64,000 nt of DNA from an uncultured Nitrospira sp. GTDB lineage: Bacteria; Nitrospirota; Nitrospiria; Nitrospirales; Nitrospiraceae. The position numbers were made by a program, and so were the translations under genes. Shown here piece by piece: positions 9,832 through 19,065 of this stretch (the stretch's first letter is position 1; each line of letters opens with the position of its first letter). The stretch lies in the NCBI GenBank assembly GCA_964579525.1, contig CAZOHW010000001.1, positions 80,569 to 144,568 on the forward strand, read 5' to 3'. Under the pieces are notes generated by a model that did no database searches, was not told the DNA's origin, and worked only from the letters and a program-made list of their open reading frames with translations.

Positions 9832-10959
9832 ATGAATCGCTTACGCTTTCCGTTCTTGGGATACAACGTCATCATTCACTGGTCATGGCTGATTGCCGTC
9901 AGTGTGCTCACCTGGAGCCTCGCCACCGGGTACTACCCCAACATTTGGCCCGACTACCCTCGCACGATCTATTGGCTCTCAGGGTTTATGACCACCGGAC
10001 TCCTTTTTCTCTCCGTCTTACTCCACGAATGTGCCCATGCCGGGGTTGCCACCGCCCATAAGGTCCAAATCAATGACATCATGCTCCACATCGTCGGGGG
10101 CTGGACCTTACTTCCCCGCGAGCTCTCCACCCCAAGCCTGGAAGCCAAAGTTGCGATCGCCGGGCCGCTCTGCTCCGCCTTCATCGGCGTGCTCCTCTGG
10201 CCCTGGTCGGATTTCCCCATCGCCCACTACCTGATGAAATTCAACTTCATCCTGGCCGGCTATAACCTCCTGCCAGCATTCCCAATGGATGGCGGGCGCA
10301 TCCTCCGCGCCTGGTTCTGGAAAACATACGGTTCCTTCTCCCACGCGACAGAGCGCTCCTCTCGTCTCGGGAAACAAATCGCCATCACCATGATTCTGGT
10401 CGGCATTGGTGGACTGTTCCTCGGCTGGAGCACCTTCTGGCTCATGGTCGGCGGCATCATCCTGCGAATGGTCTCAGACGGCACCCATCATACCGTTGAA
10501 TATAGCCACCTGCTCAAAGGCCAGGTCCGCGACGTCATGATTCCCCAAGAGCGCATCATCTGCCTTGGAGCGAACCATACGGTCGGGGAGGTGAAAGACC
10601 TCTTTCTCCGCTACGGCTATCACCACTTCCCTGTGCGCGATTTCGAGACTGTGCTGGGCCTCATCCACCATGAGGACCTCCGCAAACATCCCGATTGGCA
10701 AGACGGGGGCAAGGCCCCGATCAGAGACCTGATCCGACCGCTGACCGACGACATCATCGTCGATCCGTCCACACCCATCCAACAGGCGTTCGACCAAATG
10801 CTCTTGACCGCCTCGCCGCGATTGCTGGTCTACGATGGGCGTGTGTTTGTCGGCATGTTGACTCGGGCGTCGGTTACGCGCCTCCGGGAGCTCCATCAGA
10901 AAGAGTCGAGTTGGGTAGGGTTGACGGGGGCGACTCCGGCGGCTGCCCGTCATTCGTGA
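9832..10959 (+). CDS. Site-2 (M50) membrane metalloprotease with CBS pair
   Basis: HECAH, VAIAGP and NLLPAFPMDGGR motifs; TM helices; C-terminal CBS domains; AGGAG RBS. Confidence 0.92.
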   Translation: MNRLRFPFLGYNVIIHWSWLIAVSVLTWSLATGYYPNIWPDYPRTIYWLSGFMTTGLLFLSVLLHECAHAGVATAHKVQINDIMLHIVGGWTLLPRELSTPSLEAKVAIAGPLCSAFIGVLLWPWSDFPIAHYLMKFNFILAGYNLLPAFPMDGGRILRAWFWKTYGSFSHATERSSRLGKQIAITMILVGIGGLFLGWSTFWLMVGGIILRMVSDGTHHTVEYSHLLKGQVRDVMIPQERIICLGANHTVGEVKDLFLRYGYHHFPVRDFETVLGLIHHEDLRKHPDWQDGGKAPIRDLIRPLTDDIIVDPSTPIQQAFDQMLLTASPRLLVYDGRVFVGMLTRASVTRLRELHQKESSWVGLTGATPAAARHS

Positions 10960-12397
10960 TATGCGGAAACTGCACCTGCACATAGGGCGGATAAACATCC
11001 AGCGTGTGCCCTTTGGCCCGCATCGAGCGGCTGCGGAAATAAAACCAACGATCGGGCAGATGAATGACTTTATCTTGCTGCACCTGACGCATCTTCACCC
11101 CGCGCATAGTCACGCCAGAGCCCAAACCGATGACCGCTTCCTGTCGATCGACCAACGGACTCGTCTCCATGATGTGTTCCGCCGTTCCCGGATGATTCAC
11201 CCGGAAATAGAGCCAGGTATTGACGCTGTCAATTATCGACGTGGCCGACAAGACCCCCGCCTCTTTCTCCGGCTGAGCCTTCGATTGCGTGTACAGATGC
11301 ACCCAGATCCGCGCGCCGCCCGCCTTATTGAACAGCTCATGAATCCCCGGATACAGCACGTTATGCCCCTCATCGAGATGGAGACACAGCGGGATCTCCA
11401 GCCGGGACCCGCGCGCGAATATCCGTCCGGTCAACGACTGGATCATCGAGACAAACACCTTCGCCACCAGGTACGACACCCGAGCCGTCAACAAACTCCC
11501 CAAGGTACAGAACAGCAACACCGGCCGCCCCTCCTCCAACCGGTCAATGAAGGGATTGGTCCGCGCTTTCCCAATAATCCGGCCCGTGTTGCCCATGGTC
11601 AGCTTAATCATCGCATCACGCAACGATGCCGAAATCTTCACGTAAAAATCCTTGAGCGCCTCCGACTGCGTGATGCTGTCGATCGTATGACACAAATCCT
11701 CGGTCCCCGGCAGCATCGACAAACTTTCCCGCAACCGCCGCAGATCTTCATGGCCGATGCGCTTCTTGATGTCATCGAACGTCAACGGGACTTGCTCGCC
11801 TTTTGCCCGACCCAATTTGATCAAGCCGCTAATGATGGCATGCGAAACCGACTCCGCCGTCCCGGTGAAGAATTCCGTCCCCCGTTCATCCTTCCCCGGC
11901 AGAATGCTGTAGATGTGGTTGACCAGCTCTTCTTCCATGTAATAGGTCGACAGCGGATCAAGATAGATCGAACAATCCGGAAAGATCGGCGTGAGCAACA
12001 TGACTTCGTCCAATCGACCAGACTCCGCCGCGACCTGCACAAACTTCGAAAACAGCCGCTGATCCCCTTTGGGATCAAAGACGACCGTCGAATACCCCTT
12101 GCGAATGTCCTGTTCCATGACCGCTTCGATCAGACGGCTCTTCCCGCTTTGGGTAGTGCCAAAGCACCCCACGTGACCTCGTCGATCCTCGTCCGGCATC
12201 CAAATCAAGCCCTCTTCGATCGGCTCCACCCCCAAAATCGCCCCACGGCCGAACACAGTCCGCTCCGGCCACAGGGGGGCCACGCGACCAGCTCGATTGA
12301 TGGCTTGCAACCGCTCCAACGCCGGATGCGACGGCCGTGGCGCCCCAGCTTCACCGCCTCCAGTCAACGACATAAATGGAAACATCAGGGACTCCAA
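10874..12397 (-). CDS. traD: Type IV coupling protein (TraD/VirD4-like ATPase)
   Basis: GHVGCFGTTQSGKS Walker A, VFDPKGD, LHLDEGH Walker B, NKAGGA..YTQS; no N-terminal TM segment visible. Confidence 0.85.
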   Translation of the reverse strand: MESLMFPFMSLTGGGEAGAPRPSHPALERLQAINRAGRVAPLWPERTVFGRGAILGVEPIEEGLIWMPDEDRRGHVGCFGTTQSGKSRLIEAVMEQDIRKGYSTVVFDPKGDQRLFSKFVQVAAESGRLDEVMLLTPIFPDCSIYLDPLSTYYMEEELVNHIYSILPGKDERGTEFFTGTAESVSHAIISGLIKLGRAKGEQVPLTFDDIKKRIGHEDLRRLRESLSMLPGTEDLCHTIDSITQSEALKDFYVKISASLRDAMIKLTMGNTGRIIGKARTNPFIDRLEEGRPVLLFCTLGSLLTARVSYLVAKVFVSMIQSLTGRIFARGSRLEIPLCLHLDEGHNVLYPGIHELFNKAGGARIWVHLYTQSKAQPEKEAGVLSATSIIDSVNTWLYFRVNHPGTAEHIMETSPLVDRQEAVIGLGSGVTMRGVKMRQVQQDKVIHLPDRWFYFRSRSMRAKGHTLDVYPPYVQVQFPHITNDGQPPESPPSTLPNSTLSDGAPGGA

Positions 12398-12502
12398 TCG
12401 ACAAGGTGTATCCAGCTATTACGGGTCTACCGAAGACCCCAGCCGCTCCACCAGCACAGATGCCAAATATCTTCGAGTTCGTAATACATCAATAAGGAGA
12501 TT

Positions 12503-15500
12503 GTGATGGAAATCGCCCGTTTCTATACCAAACGTCAATCGGACCCGTACGCCGACCAAACGTACGTCGAACGGACGTCACAGCCTCCGGGAAAATCCAC
12601 CCCAGTCACCGTGTTGGCCCCACGTAGCTGGTCGCAGACCGCCGTCGACATTCTGGTGCAAAAGTACATGCGCAAAACCGGCGTCCCCCAACCCGGCTCT
12701 GACCGGGTAGGCCGAGAGACCGATGCCCGGCAAGTCTTCCGGCGGTTGGCCGACTGTTGGGCGACGTGGGGACGTGCCGGCAAGTACTTCCTGACAGAGG
12801 AGGATGCCCAAGCCTTCAACGAAGAATTGCAGTACATGCTGGCCCATCAAATTGGGGCGCCCAATTCGCCTCAATGGTTCAACACGGGCCTCTCGGTGGC
12901 CTACAACATCAAAGGCCCGGCTCAGGGATTATGGCGGTGGGATCCACAGCAACAGGACACGGTGGAAGTCGGCGATTCCTACGAATGTCCGCAGGCCAGT
13001 GCCTGTTACATCCAGTCCATTGCAGACAATCTTGTCAACGAGAACGGGATCATGAACCTCTGGACTCGCGAGGCACGGTTGTTCAAGTTCGGATCGGGCA
13101 GCGGCACCAATTTCTCGGCCCTCCGCGGCAAAGGCGAACGTCTCTCCGGAGGTGGCGCAAGCTCCGGCTTGATGTCCTGGCTCAAAATTGGGGATACCGC
13201 GGCCGGCGCGATCAAATCCGGGGGCACCACCCGCCGCGCGGCCAAGATGGTCATCCTCAACATCGATCATCCCGACATCGAAGCTTTCATCAATCTCAAG
13301 GTCCAAGAAGAGCAAAAGGTCGCCGCCCTGGTTGTCGGGTCTCATCTGTGTGCCACGCATCTCAATAAAATCATGCAGGCGGCCTGGATCACGGAAGAAG
13401 GCCGCGAGTTCGTTCAACCCAATCCGAAATTCAACACGGGTCTCAATGAAGCCATCCGCGCAGCCCGAGTGGCCCGCATCCCCGAAACGTACATCCAACG
13501 AGCCCTCAGCTTCGCCAAAAGAGGTCAACGGAACTTTGTGTTCTCCGTGTATGACCTCGGATGGGAAGGAGAGGCCTACCAGACCGTCACAGGGCAAAAT
13601 GCCAACAACAGCGTTCGCCTCACGAAGGCCTTTCTTGATGCCGTCAAAACCGACGCCATGTGGAATCTCACCAACCGTACGGACGGCGCGATCGCCAAGA
13701 CCGTGCGCGCGCGGGACCTGTGGGATCATATCTGCGCGGCCGCCTGGCAGTGCGCCGACCCCGGCATTCAATACGATGACATCATCAACGAATGGCACAC
13801 GACGCCGGCACAAGGGAGAATCACAGCCAGTAACCCCTGTGTCACGGGCGATACGCTTGTCGCGACCGTCAAAGGCTGGCGCCGAATCGAAGAAATCGCC
13901 AGCGACACGGAGATCATTGGGAGCGATGGGCACCTCCATCCCATCAATCGGAGCTTCATCACCGGCTTCGGGCATGTATGGAAAGTCTGCACGTCAGATG
14001 GATATGAGCTCAAAGCCACGATCAATCACCTGGTCACGACCAAGAATCGTGGCGATGTTCCCGTGGGCGAACTTGAGCATGGCGACCTTCTCGTACTCTC
14101 CCCTGGCCATTTTGGGACACGATCAGTGCAACCCAACCTGGCCTTTGCCATCGGAATCGCCGTGGGGGATGGGTGTGTGTCGCATTTCGATACTAAGTAC
14201 GGACGCCGCTCGAACCTCACCTTGACCATGCATCATGACGAAGCACCAGTTCTCGCGACGGCGGCGGCGGGCATCCAACGACAGAAGGATTTACACTATG
14301 CCCTGGCTCGCTGCCAAAGCCGCTATGTTCCTCGACCTACCTCAGTGTCCCACGTCCCAACAACCTCTCGCGTGACATGTGGCGCTCCAGCGATAATCAA
14401 AGATTTCTCGACCTATGCCATTCTGGACGAAGGATCGAGCAATAAGCGTTTTACGCCAGCAGCGTTCCAATTGGACAAACCATCGCTTGCCCAGGTGCTG
14501 AGGGGGCTCTACACCGCGGACGGCACAGTGGCCAACTATGGAAACAAGTCGCAATACATCGCCCTCGATTCTTGTTCGCTCACGCTCTTGCAGCAAGTGC
14601 AGGTGCTGCTACTCTCCTTTGGAATTAAATCCAAGCTGTACCACAATCGACGCGGAGGCAACACCATCACCGAATTGCCGAGCGGCAAGGGCTCCTACCG
14701 CCCTTACGTCATCAAAGAGATGTATTCCTTGCGTATCTCACGCTCCTCTCGCCTGCTGTTTGAGCGAGAGATCGGCTTCCACCCGGACAGCCCAAAGGCC
14801 GCAAAGCTGCATCAGCTGAATGAAGAGGTGGAGTGTTACCAAGACACGCTGACCACGAAGTTCGAGCGCTTGGAATGGGAGGCGCAAACGATCGTCTATG
14901 ACCTCACCGAACCAGCCACGCAGCACTTCGTCGCGAACGGCTTCGTTGTACACAACTGCTCTGAATATCTCAGCAATAATGACACGAGTTGCAACCTCGC
15001 GTCTCTGAATCTCGCCGCCTTCCTCAAACCCGACGGGACCTTCGATCTCGAAGCCTATCGACACGCCATTCGACTCTGGACGATCGTCTTAGACATCACG
15101 GTCTTCATGGCGTCGTATCCCAGCCGCGCGATTGCAGAACGGACCGCGAAACTCCGTCAACTCGGTCTGGGCTACGCCAACCTCGGCGCCGTGCTCATGC
15201 GGATGGGGCTGCCCTACGACTCCGACCAGGCCCGGGCAGTCGCCCAAGGGCTCACCGCCATCCTTACCGGCGAAGCCTATGCGACCAGCACCGATCTTGC
15301 CCTCAATCTGGGCCCCTTCGAATATTATGCGGAGAACCGGGACGCGATGCTCCGGGTCATCCGAAACCATCATCGCGCCGCCCATGGCCAGAGCGATGGC
15401 TACGAAGGACTCTCGGTGCTCCCCCGTCCGCTCAATACCACCCTCTGCCCGGCGGTCCTCGCAGAAGCCGCCAGGAACAGCTGGGAGACCGCTCTCAGAA

Positions 15501-16984
15501 AAGGCTCCGTCTCTGGATTCCGTAACGCACAAGTGACCGTCCTTGCTCCAACCGGAACGATTGGACTCGTGATGGATTGCGATACGACGGGCGTGGAACC
15601 CGATTTCTCCCTGGTGAAGTACAAGACCTTGGCCGGCGGCGGCACGATGAAACTGATCAATGAATCGGTCCCCCTTGCGCTACGTACCCTGGGCTATCCT
15701 GCAGCAGCGGCAGACAGTATGACACGCTATATCGTCGGGACCGGCACACTCCGGGACTGTCCCACCATCTCTGTCAACCGTCTGCGACAGTGCGGACTCT
15801 CAGACGCCGCACTCGACCGAATTGAAGCCGCACTGCCATCCGTTCTTGATGTCACCATGGCGATCACGCCAGAGATCGTCGGACTGGAATGGTGTCAGCA
15901 ACAGCTCGGCGTCTCCTCCGAAGAGGTGCAATCGCCACACTTCAGTCTGCTCCAACGGCTTGGGTTTAGCCCTGAGGACATCGCAACCGCCAGTCGCTCT
16001 GCCTGTGGCACCCTGACGATCGAAGGCGCGCCCGCACTCAAAGCGGATCATTTACCGGTCTTCGACTGCGCCGTACCAGGCGGGACGCTGGGCACTCGTT
16101 CTATTGCGCCGGACGGTCACGTCAAAATGCTCGGGGCCGTCCAACCGTTCATTTCCGGGGGCATCTCCAAAACTATCAACGTCCCGGCCACAGCCGACGT
16201 CGACGATATTGCCCGCGTCTTTACCCTAGCCTACGAGCTGGGGATCAAATGCGTGGCTGTCTATCGCGATGGTTCGAAACTCAGTCAACCGCTGAATGCG
16301 ATCGGCGCCGGCGAGCTCGCCCAAGCCGTGGAACAACACGATATTCCGAAGGTCGCCCAGCACCTCGCCGCGCTCAGTGTCGAACGTGGGAAACACCGCC
16401 CATTACCCCACAAACGACACGGCTACACACAGAAAGCGATCATCGGGGGGCACAAACTCTATATCCGCACCGGCGAATACGCGGATGGGACGCTGGGAGA
16501 GATCTTTCTCGACATGCATAAGGAAGGCGCCGCGTTCCGCAGCTTGATGAACTGCTTTGCGATCGCCATTTCCATGGGACTGCAGTACGGCGTGCCCCTG
16601 GAAGAATTCGTCGAAGCCTTCACGATCATGCGCTTCGAACCCAATGGCCCGGTCTCCGGCCACGACCAAATTAAGATGGCGACGTCGATCATGGATTACG
16701 TCATGCGTGATCTCGCCATCAATTACTTAAATCGCCAGGACCTGGCCAATATCAAAATGACTGGTGAGGACATGCGTGGCGATTCCGTCAAGCCGTATAT
16801 CAAGACTCCGCCGCTCCGAGAAGCGATGCCTCCATCGATGCCCGATCGGGAGCTCGCTGAACAGGCCCGCGCCAAGGGCTATACAGGCGACCCTTGCCCG
16901 GAATGTCTCCGGTTCACGTTAGTTCAACGAGGCACCTGTAAAACTTGCGTCTCCTGCGGCGCCAACAGTGGCGGCTGTAGTTAG
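12503..16984 (+). CDS. nrdJ: Class II (B12-dependent) ribonucleotide reductase with intein and C-terminal TSCPD / zinc-ribbon domain
   Basis: APNSPQWFN, SACYI, GSGSGTNFS, IKSGGTTRRAAKM, SNP|CSEY, APTGTI, QPFISGGISKT, YRDGSK, terminal CxxC..CxxC. Confidence 0.96.
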   Translation: MMEIARFYTKRQSDPYADQTYVERTSQPPGKSTPVTVLAPRSWSQTAVDILVQKYMRKTGVPQPGSDRVGRETDARQVFRRLADCWATWGRAGKYFLTEEDAQAFNEELQYMLAHQIGAPNSPQWFNTGLSVAYNIKGPAQGLWRWDPQQQDTVEVGDSYECPQASACYIQSIADNLVNENGIMNLWTREARLFKFGSGSGTNFSALRGKGERLSGGGASSGLMSWLKIGDTAAGAIKSGGTTRRAAKMVILNIDHPDIEAFINLKVQEEQKVAALVVGSHLCATHLNKIMQAAWITEEGREFVQPNPKFNTGLNEAIRAARVARIPETYIQRALSFAKRGQRNFVFSVYDLGWEGEAYQTVTGQNANNSVRLTKAFLDAVKTDAMWNLTNRTDGAIAKTVRARDLWDHICAAAWQCADPGIQYDDIINEWHTTPAQGRITASNPCVTGDTLVATVKGWRRIEEIASDTEIIGSDGHLHPINRSFITGFGHVWKVCTSDGYELKATINHLVTTKNRGDVPVGELEHGDLLVLSPGHFGTRSVQPNLAFAIGIAVGDGCVSHFDTKYGRRSNLTLTMHHDEAPVLATAAAGIQRQKDLHYALARCQSRYVPRPTSVSHVPTTSRVTCGAPAIIKDFSTYAILDEGSSNKRFTPAAFQLDKPSLAQVLRGLYTADGTVANYGNKSQYIALDSCSLTLLQQVQVLLLSFGIKSKLYHNRRGGNTITELPSGKGSYRPYVIKEMYSLRISRSSRLLFEREIGFHPDSPKAAKLHQLNEEVECYQDTLTTKFERLEWEAQTIVYDLTEPATQHFVANGFVVHNCSEYLSNNDTSCNLASLNLAAFLKPDGTFDLEAYRHAIRLWTIVLDITVFMASYPSRAIAERTAKLRQLGLGYANLGAVLMRMGLPYDSDQARAVAQGLTAILTGEAYATSTDLALNLGPFEYYAENRDAMLRVIRNHHRAAHGQSDGYEGLSVLPRPLNTTLCPAVLAEAARNSWETALRKGSVSGFRNAQVTVLAPTGTIGLVMDCDTTGVEPDFSLVKYKTLAGGGTMKLINESVPLALRTLGYPAAAADSMTRYIVGTGTLRDCPTISVNRLRQCGLSDAALDRIEAALPSVLDVTMAITPEIVGLEWCQQQLGVSSEEVQSPHFSLLQRLGFSPEDIATASRSACGTLTIEGAPALKADHLPVFDCAVPGGTLGTRSIAPDGHVKMLGAVQPFISGGISKTINVPATADVDDIARVFTLAYELGIKCVAVYRDGSKLSQPLNAIGAGELAQAVEQHDIPKVAQHLAALSVERGKHRPLPHKRHGYTQKAIIGGHKLYIRTGEYADGTLGEIFLDMHKEGAAFRSLMNCFAIAISMGLQYGVPLEEFVEAFTIMRFEPNGPVSGHDQIKMATSIMDYVMRDLAINYLNRQDLANIKMTGEDMRGDSVKPYIKTPPLREAMPPSMPDRELAEQARAKGYTGDPCPECLRFTLVQRGTCKTCVSCGANSGGCS
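13838..14956 (+). mobile_element. Intein (373 aa) with LAGLIDADG homing endonuclease
   Basis: Begins CVTGDTLV; LAFAIGIAVGDG and LRGLYTADG motifs; ends HFVANGFVVHN followed by Cys+1, the NPCSE thiyl-radical Cys. Confidence 0.95.
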
Positions 16985-17064
16985 GAGCTGGCATCGCCAT
17001 GAATGACTCACCGCTCCATTCAAACATAGTGTTTTGTATGCATTCATCATCAATGAGGAAACCC

Positions 17065-17847
17065 ATGACTCGTGTCCTACTGATCCCCGTCCTCGCGCTC
17101 ACGCTTTTCAGCGCGGCATGTGCGAACCACATGCCGCTCACCAAGCAACAATCCACGTCCGTGAGCAACCCCATTTTCCTCCGACCGACGATGGACAAGA
17201 CCATCTATGTCGAAACCCGCAACACGTCCGATCGCCCGAACGCCACACTCACGACACTCCCCCAGTTGCTCACCGCTCGGGGGTATACGATCACTCAAGA
17301 TCCGGAGAAGGCACATTTCATTCTCCAAGTCACCACCGTCTCGGCCGTCAAGGCCAAACCGGGCACCACACTCGATGCCTTGGTTGCCGGTGGATTTGGC
17401 GGCATGATCGGCAGCAGCGTCGGCGCCGTGACAGCCCTTTCTGGTCATGGAGTCGGCTTTATCCCTGGTGGCACCGCAGTCGGAGCAGGCCTCGGCTTTC
17501 TGGCGAGTAAAGCCACCGAAGATACCCAATTTGGGCTCATCGCTGATGCCCAGATCATCGAACGCACGAAAGAAGTGGTGGAACAGGTCGTCACCAAACA
17601 GGCTGCGCCATCATCCGGTCTCCCAGAGAATCGTCAGCCCTTGGCCAGTCTCTTTGGCGGTGGACAATCCCTCAGTCCCGCACATGCCGGACAATCAAGT
17701 GAAACGATCCAAGAGACCCATCGCGGAAATGAGCGAATTCATCATGCACGTTTTGCAGCCCTGCACCAACAGATGTGGCTAAACACGGAACAGGCCATCA
17801 CGGAATTGTCGGCACAACTGGCCCAAACCATCGCGGGTCTGTTCTAA
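17065..17847 (+). CDS. traT: TraT-like surface-exclusion lipoprotein
   Basis: Lipobox FSAAC; SNPIFLRPTMDKTIYVETRNTSD; GYTITQDPEKAHFILQ; glycine zipper; ADAQIIERT. Confidence 0.8.
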   Translation: MTRVLLIPVLALTLFSAACANHMPLTKQQSTSVSNPIFLRPTMDKTIYVETRNTSDRPNATLTTLPQLLTARGYTITQDPEKAHFILQVTTVSAVKAKPGTTLDALVAGGFGGMIGSSVGAVTALSGHGVGFIPGGTAVGAGLGFLASKATEDTQFGLIADAQIIERTKEVVEQVVTKQAAPSSGLPENRQPLASLFGGGQSLSPAHAGQSSETIQETHRGNERIHHARFAALHQQMWLNTEQAITELSAQLAQTIAGLF

Positions 17848-17904
17848 GATCAACGACGCTCCATCTTGTCCGTACAAAAAGAGAGAGCGTCACAGGAGGT
17901 CCCC

Positions 17905-18321
17905 ATGAATCTGACCATGTCTCGCATCCTACTGATCGGACTTGTGATCCTTGCACTCGCCATTCCCGTCTTTGCCGCGCCAAAGCCTGAGCGAGATACC
18001 GCCGTCGACTGGCTCACGCTCATCGACACCCAACGCTTCGATCAAAGCTGGAACGAGTCCTCCGCCTTTCTCAAGGAACATATCACCCAGGCCCAATGGG
18101 CCAAGACACTGACCGATCAGCGGCTGCCGCTCGGGAAACCCACGTCGAGAACCATCGTCAAGAAAGAATTTCAGTATCAGATCCCAGGGATTCCCACCGG
18201 CACCTACGAACTCAAGGTTTATCGGACGACCTTCCCCCTAAAGGGAGAAATGAATGAGACCGTCATTATGTCGCGTGAATCAGATCAGAAGTGGCGCGCG
18301 ATCGCGTACTTCATCAAATAA
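17905..18321 (+). CDS. DUF4019-like secreted protein
   Basis: Signal peptide; WLTLID..FDQSW..R.PLG..ETV..WR..AYFIK; AGGAGG RBS. Confidence 0.75.
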   Translation: MNLTMSRILLIGLVILALAIPVFAAPKPERDTAVDWLTLIDTQRFDQSWNESSAFLKEHITQAQWAKTLTDQRLPLGKPTSRTIVKKEFQYQIPGIPTGTYELKVYRTTFPLKGEMNETVIMSRESDQKWRAIAYFIK

Positions 18322-18342
18322 ACCGAACCCAGCAGGTTGACC

Positions 18343-18693
18343 ATGTGGCACTTGATGAACGAGGTCATCCATTCAATCCTGGATCCCGACATGGCCTGCT
18401 ACTGGCGTACACGGCCACGCTTTCTCATACTGGATCAACCCGGCCAGTTTGCCTACACCTTCGCTCGCACACTCCTCTACCACCTCAGTCCTGTCGTTGC
18501 AGGACTCCTGATCTGTACATGGTGGATTACTTCACAGTGGCATACCACATTAACGTTTCTTCTCCTCATCGGTATTAGTGCAAGCCTCTATTTGCTGGCT
18601 GAGGCCACGAATCTCTGGCAACTAACCCGAAAAGACGCGCTGTACGCGCCGCGGCATTCACCAATCCAGACGACACCATTGCCTTGGCCATGA
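18343..18693 (+). CDS. Small membrane protein
   Basis: Two hydrophobic helices; lies in the gene chain. Confidence 0.45.
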   Translation: MWHLMNEVIHSILDPDMACYWRTRPRFLILDQPGQFAYTFARTLLYHLSPVVAGLLICTWWITSQWHTTLTFLLLIGISASLYLLAEATNLWQLTRKDALYAPRHSPIQTTPLPWP

Positions 18694-18968
18694 CCCTCCG
18701 AGGAGACGACATGACTCCCACAGCACTTCCAGCCCCCGCACCAAAGCAACCTCCTATGTCACCTTGGTACCGACATTGGAAGGACATTGCGATGATGACG
18801 ACCGGCATCCTCCCCAACGAGCCTCGATTCAAGCTCATCGCCGCCATGGTCGATCGGTGCAACGAGGCCTATACCAAAGGCGATGAACCCACGTTTCTTC
18901 GGCTCAAAGGACAGCTACAAAACTTAATTAACGCCTCGAATCCGAAAGCCGCTCGGCAAGCTCCCTAA
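18690..18968 (+). CDS. Hypothetical protein
   Basis: ATGA overlap with the previous ORF; alternative ATG 18711 has a GAGGAG RBS. Confidence 0.5.
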   Translation: MTLRGDDMTPTALPAPAPKQPPMSPWYRHWKDIAMMTTGILPNEPRFKLIAAMVDRCNEAYTKGDEPTFLRLKGQLQNLINASNPKAARQAP

Positions 18969-19065
18969 TTGTCTCGCCCTGCCCAAGACGCTCGCACGGC
19001 TACGCGCGTCCACCGACACGGCCGCCGCACCGCCACAGCAGCCTAGTTCTACATTCGCCCAAGGA

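Noticed and set aside
12460-12478. NrdR box upstream of nrdJ
   Set aside because: Single weak match with no tandem partner
10961-12484. 507-aa + strand ORF
   Set aside because: Antisense shadow of the coupling-protein gene; R/H/Q-rich with no motifs
12929-14225. Overlapping 348-aa and 345-aa ORFs within nrdJ
   Set aside because: Alternative-frame artefacts of GC-rich coding sequence
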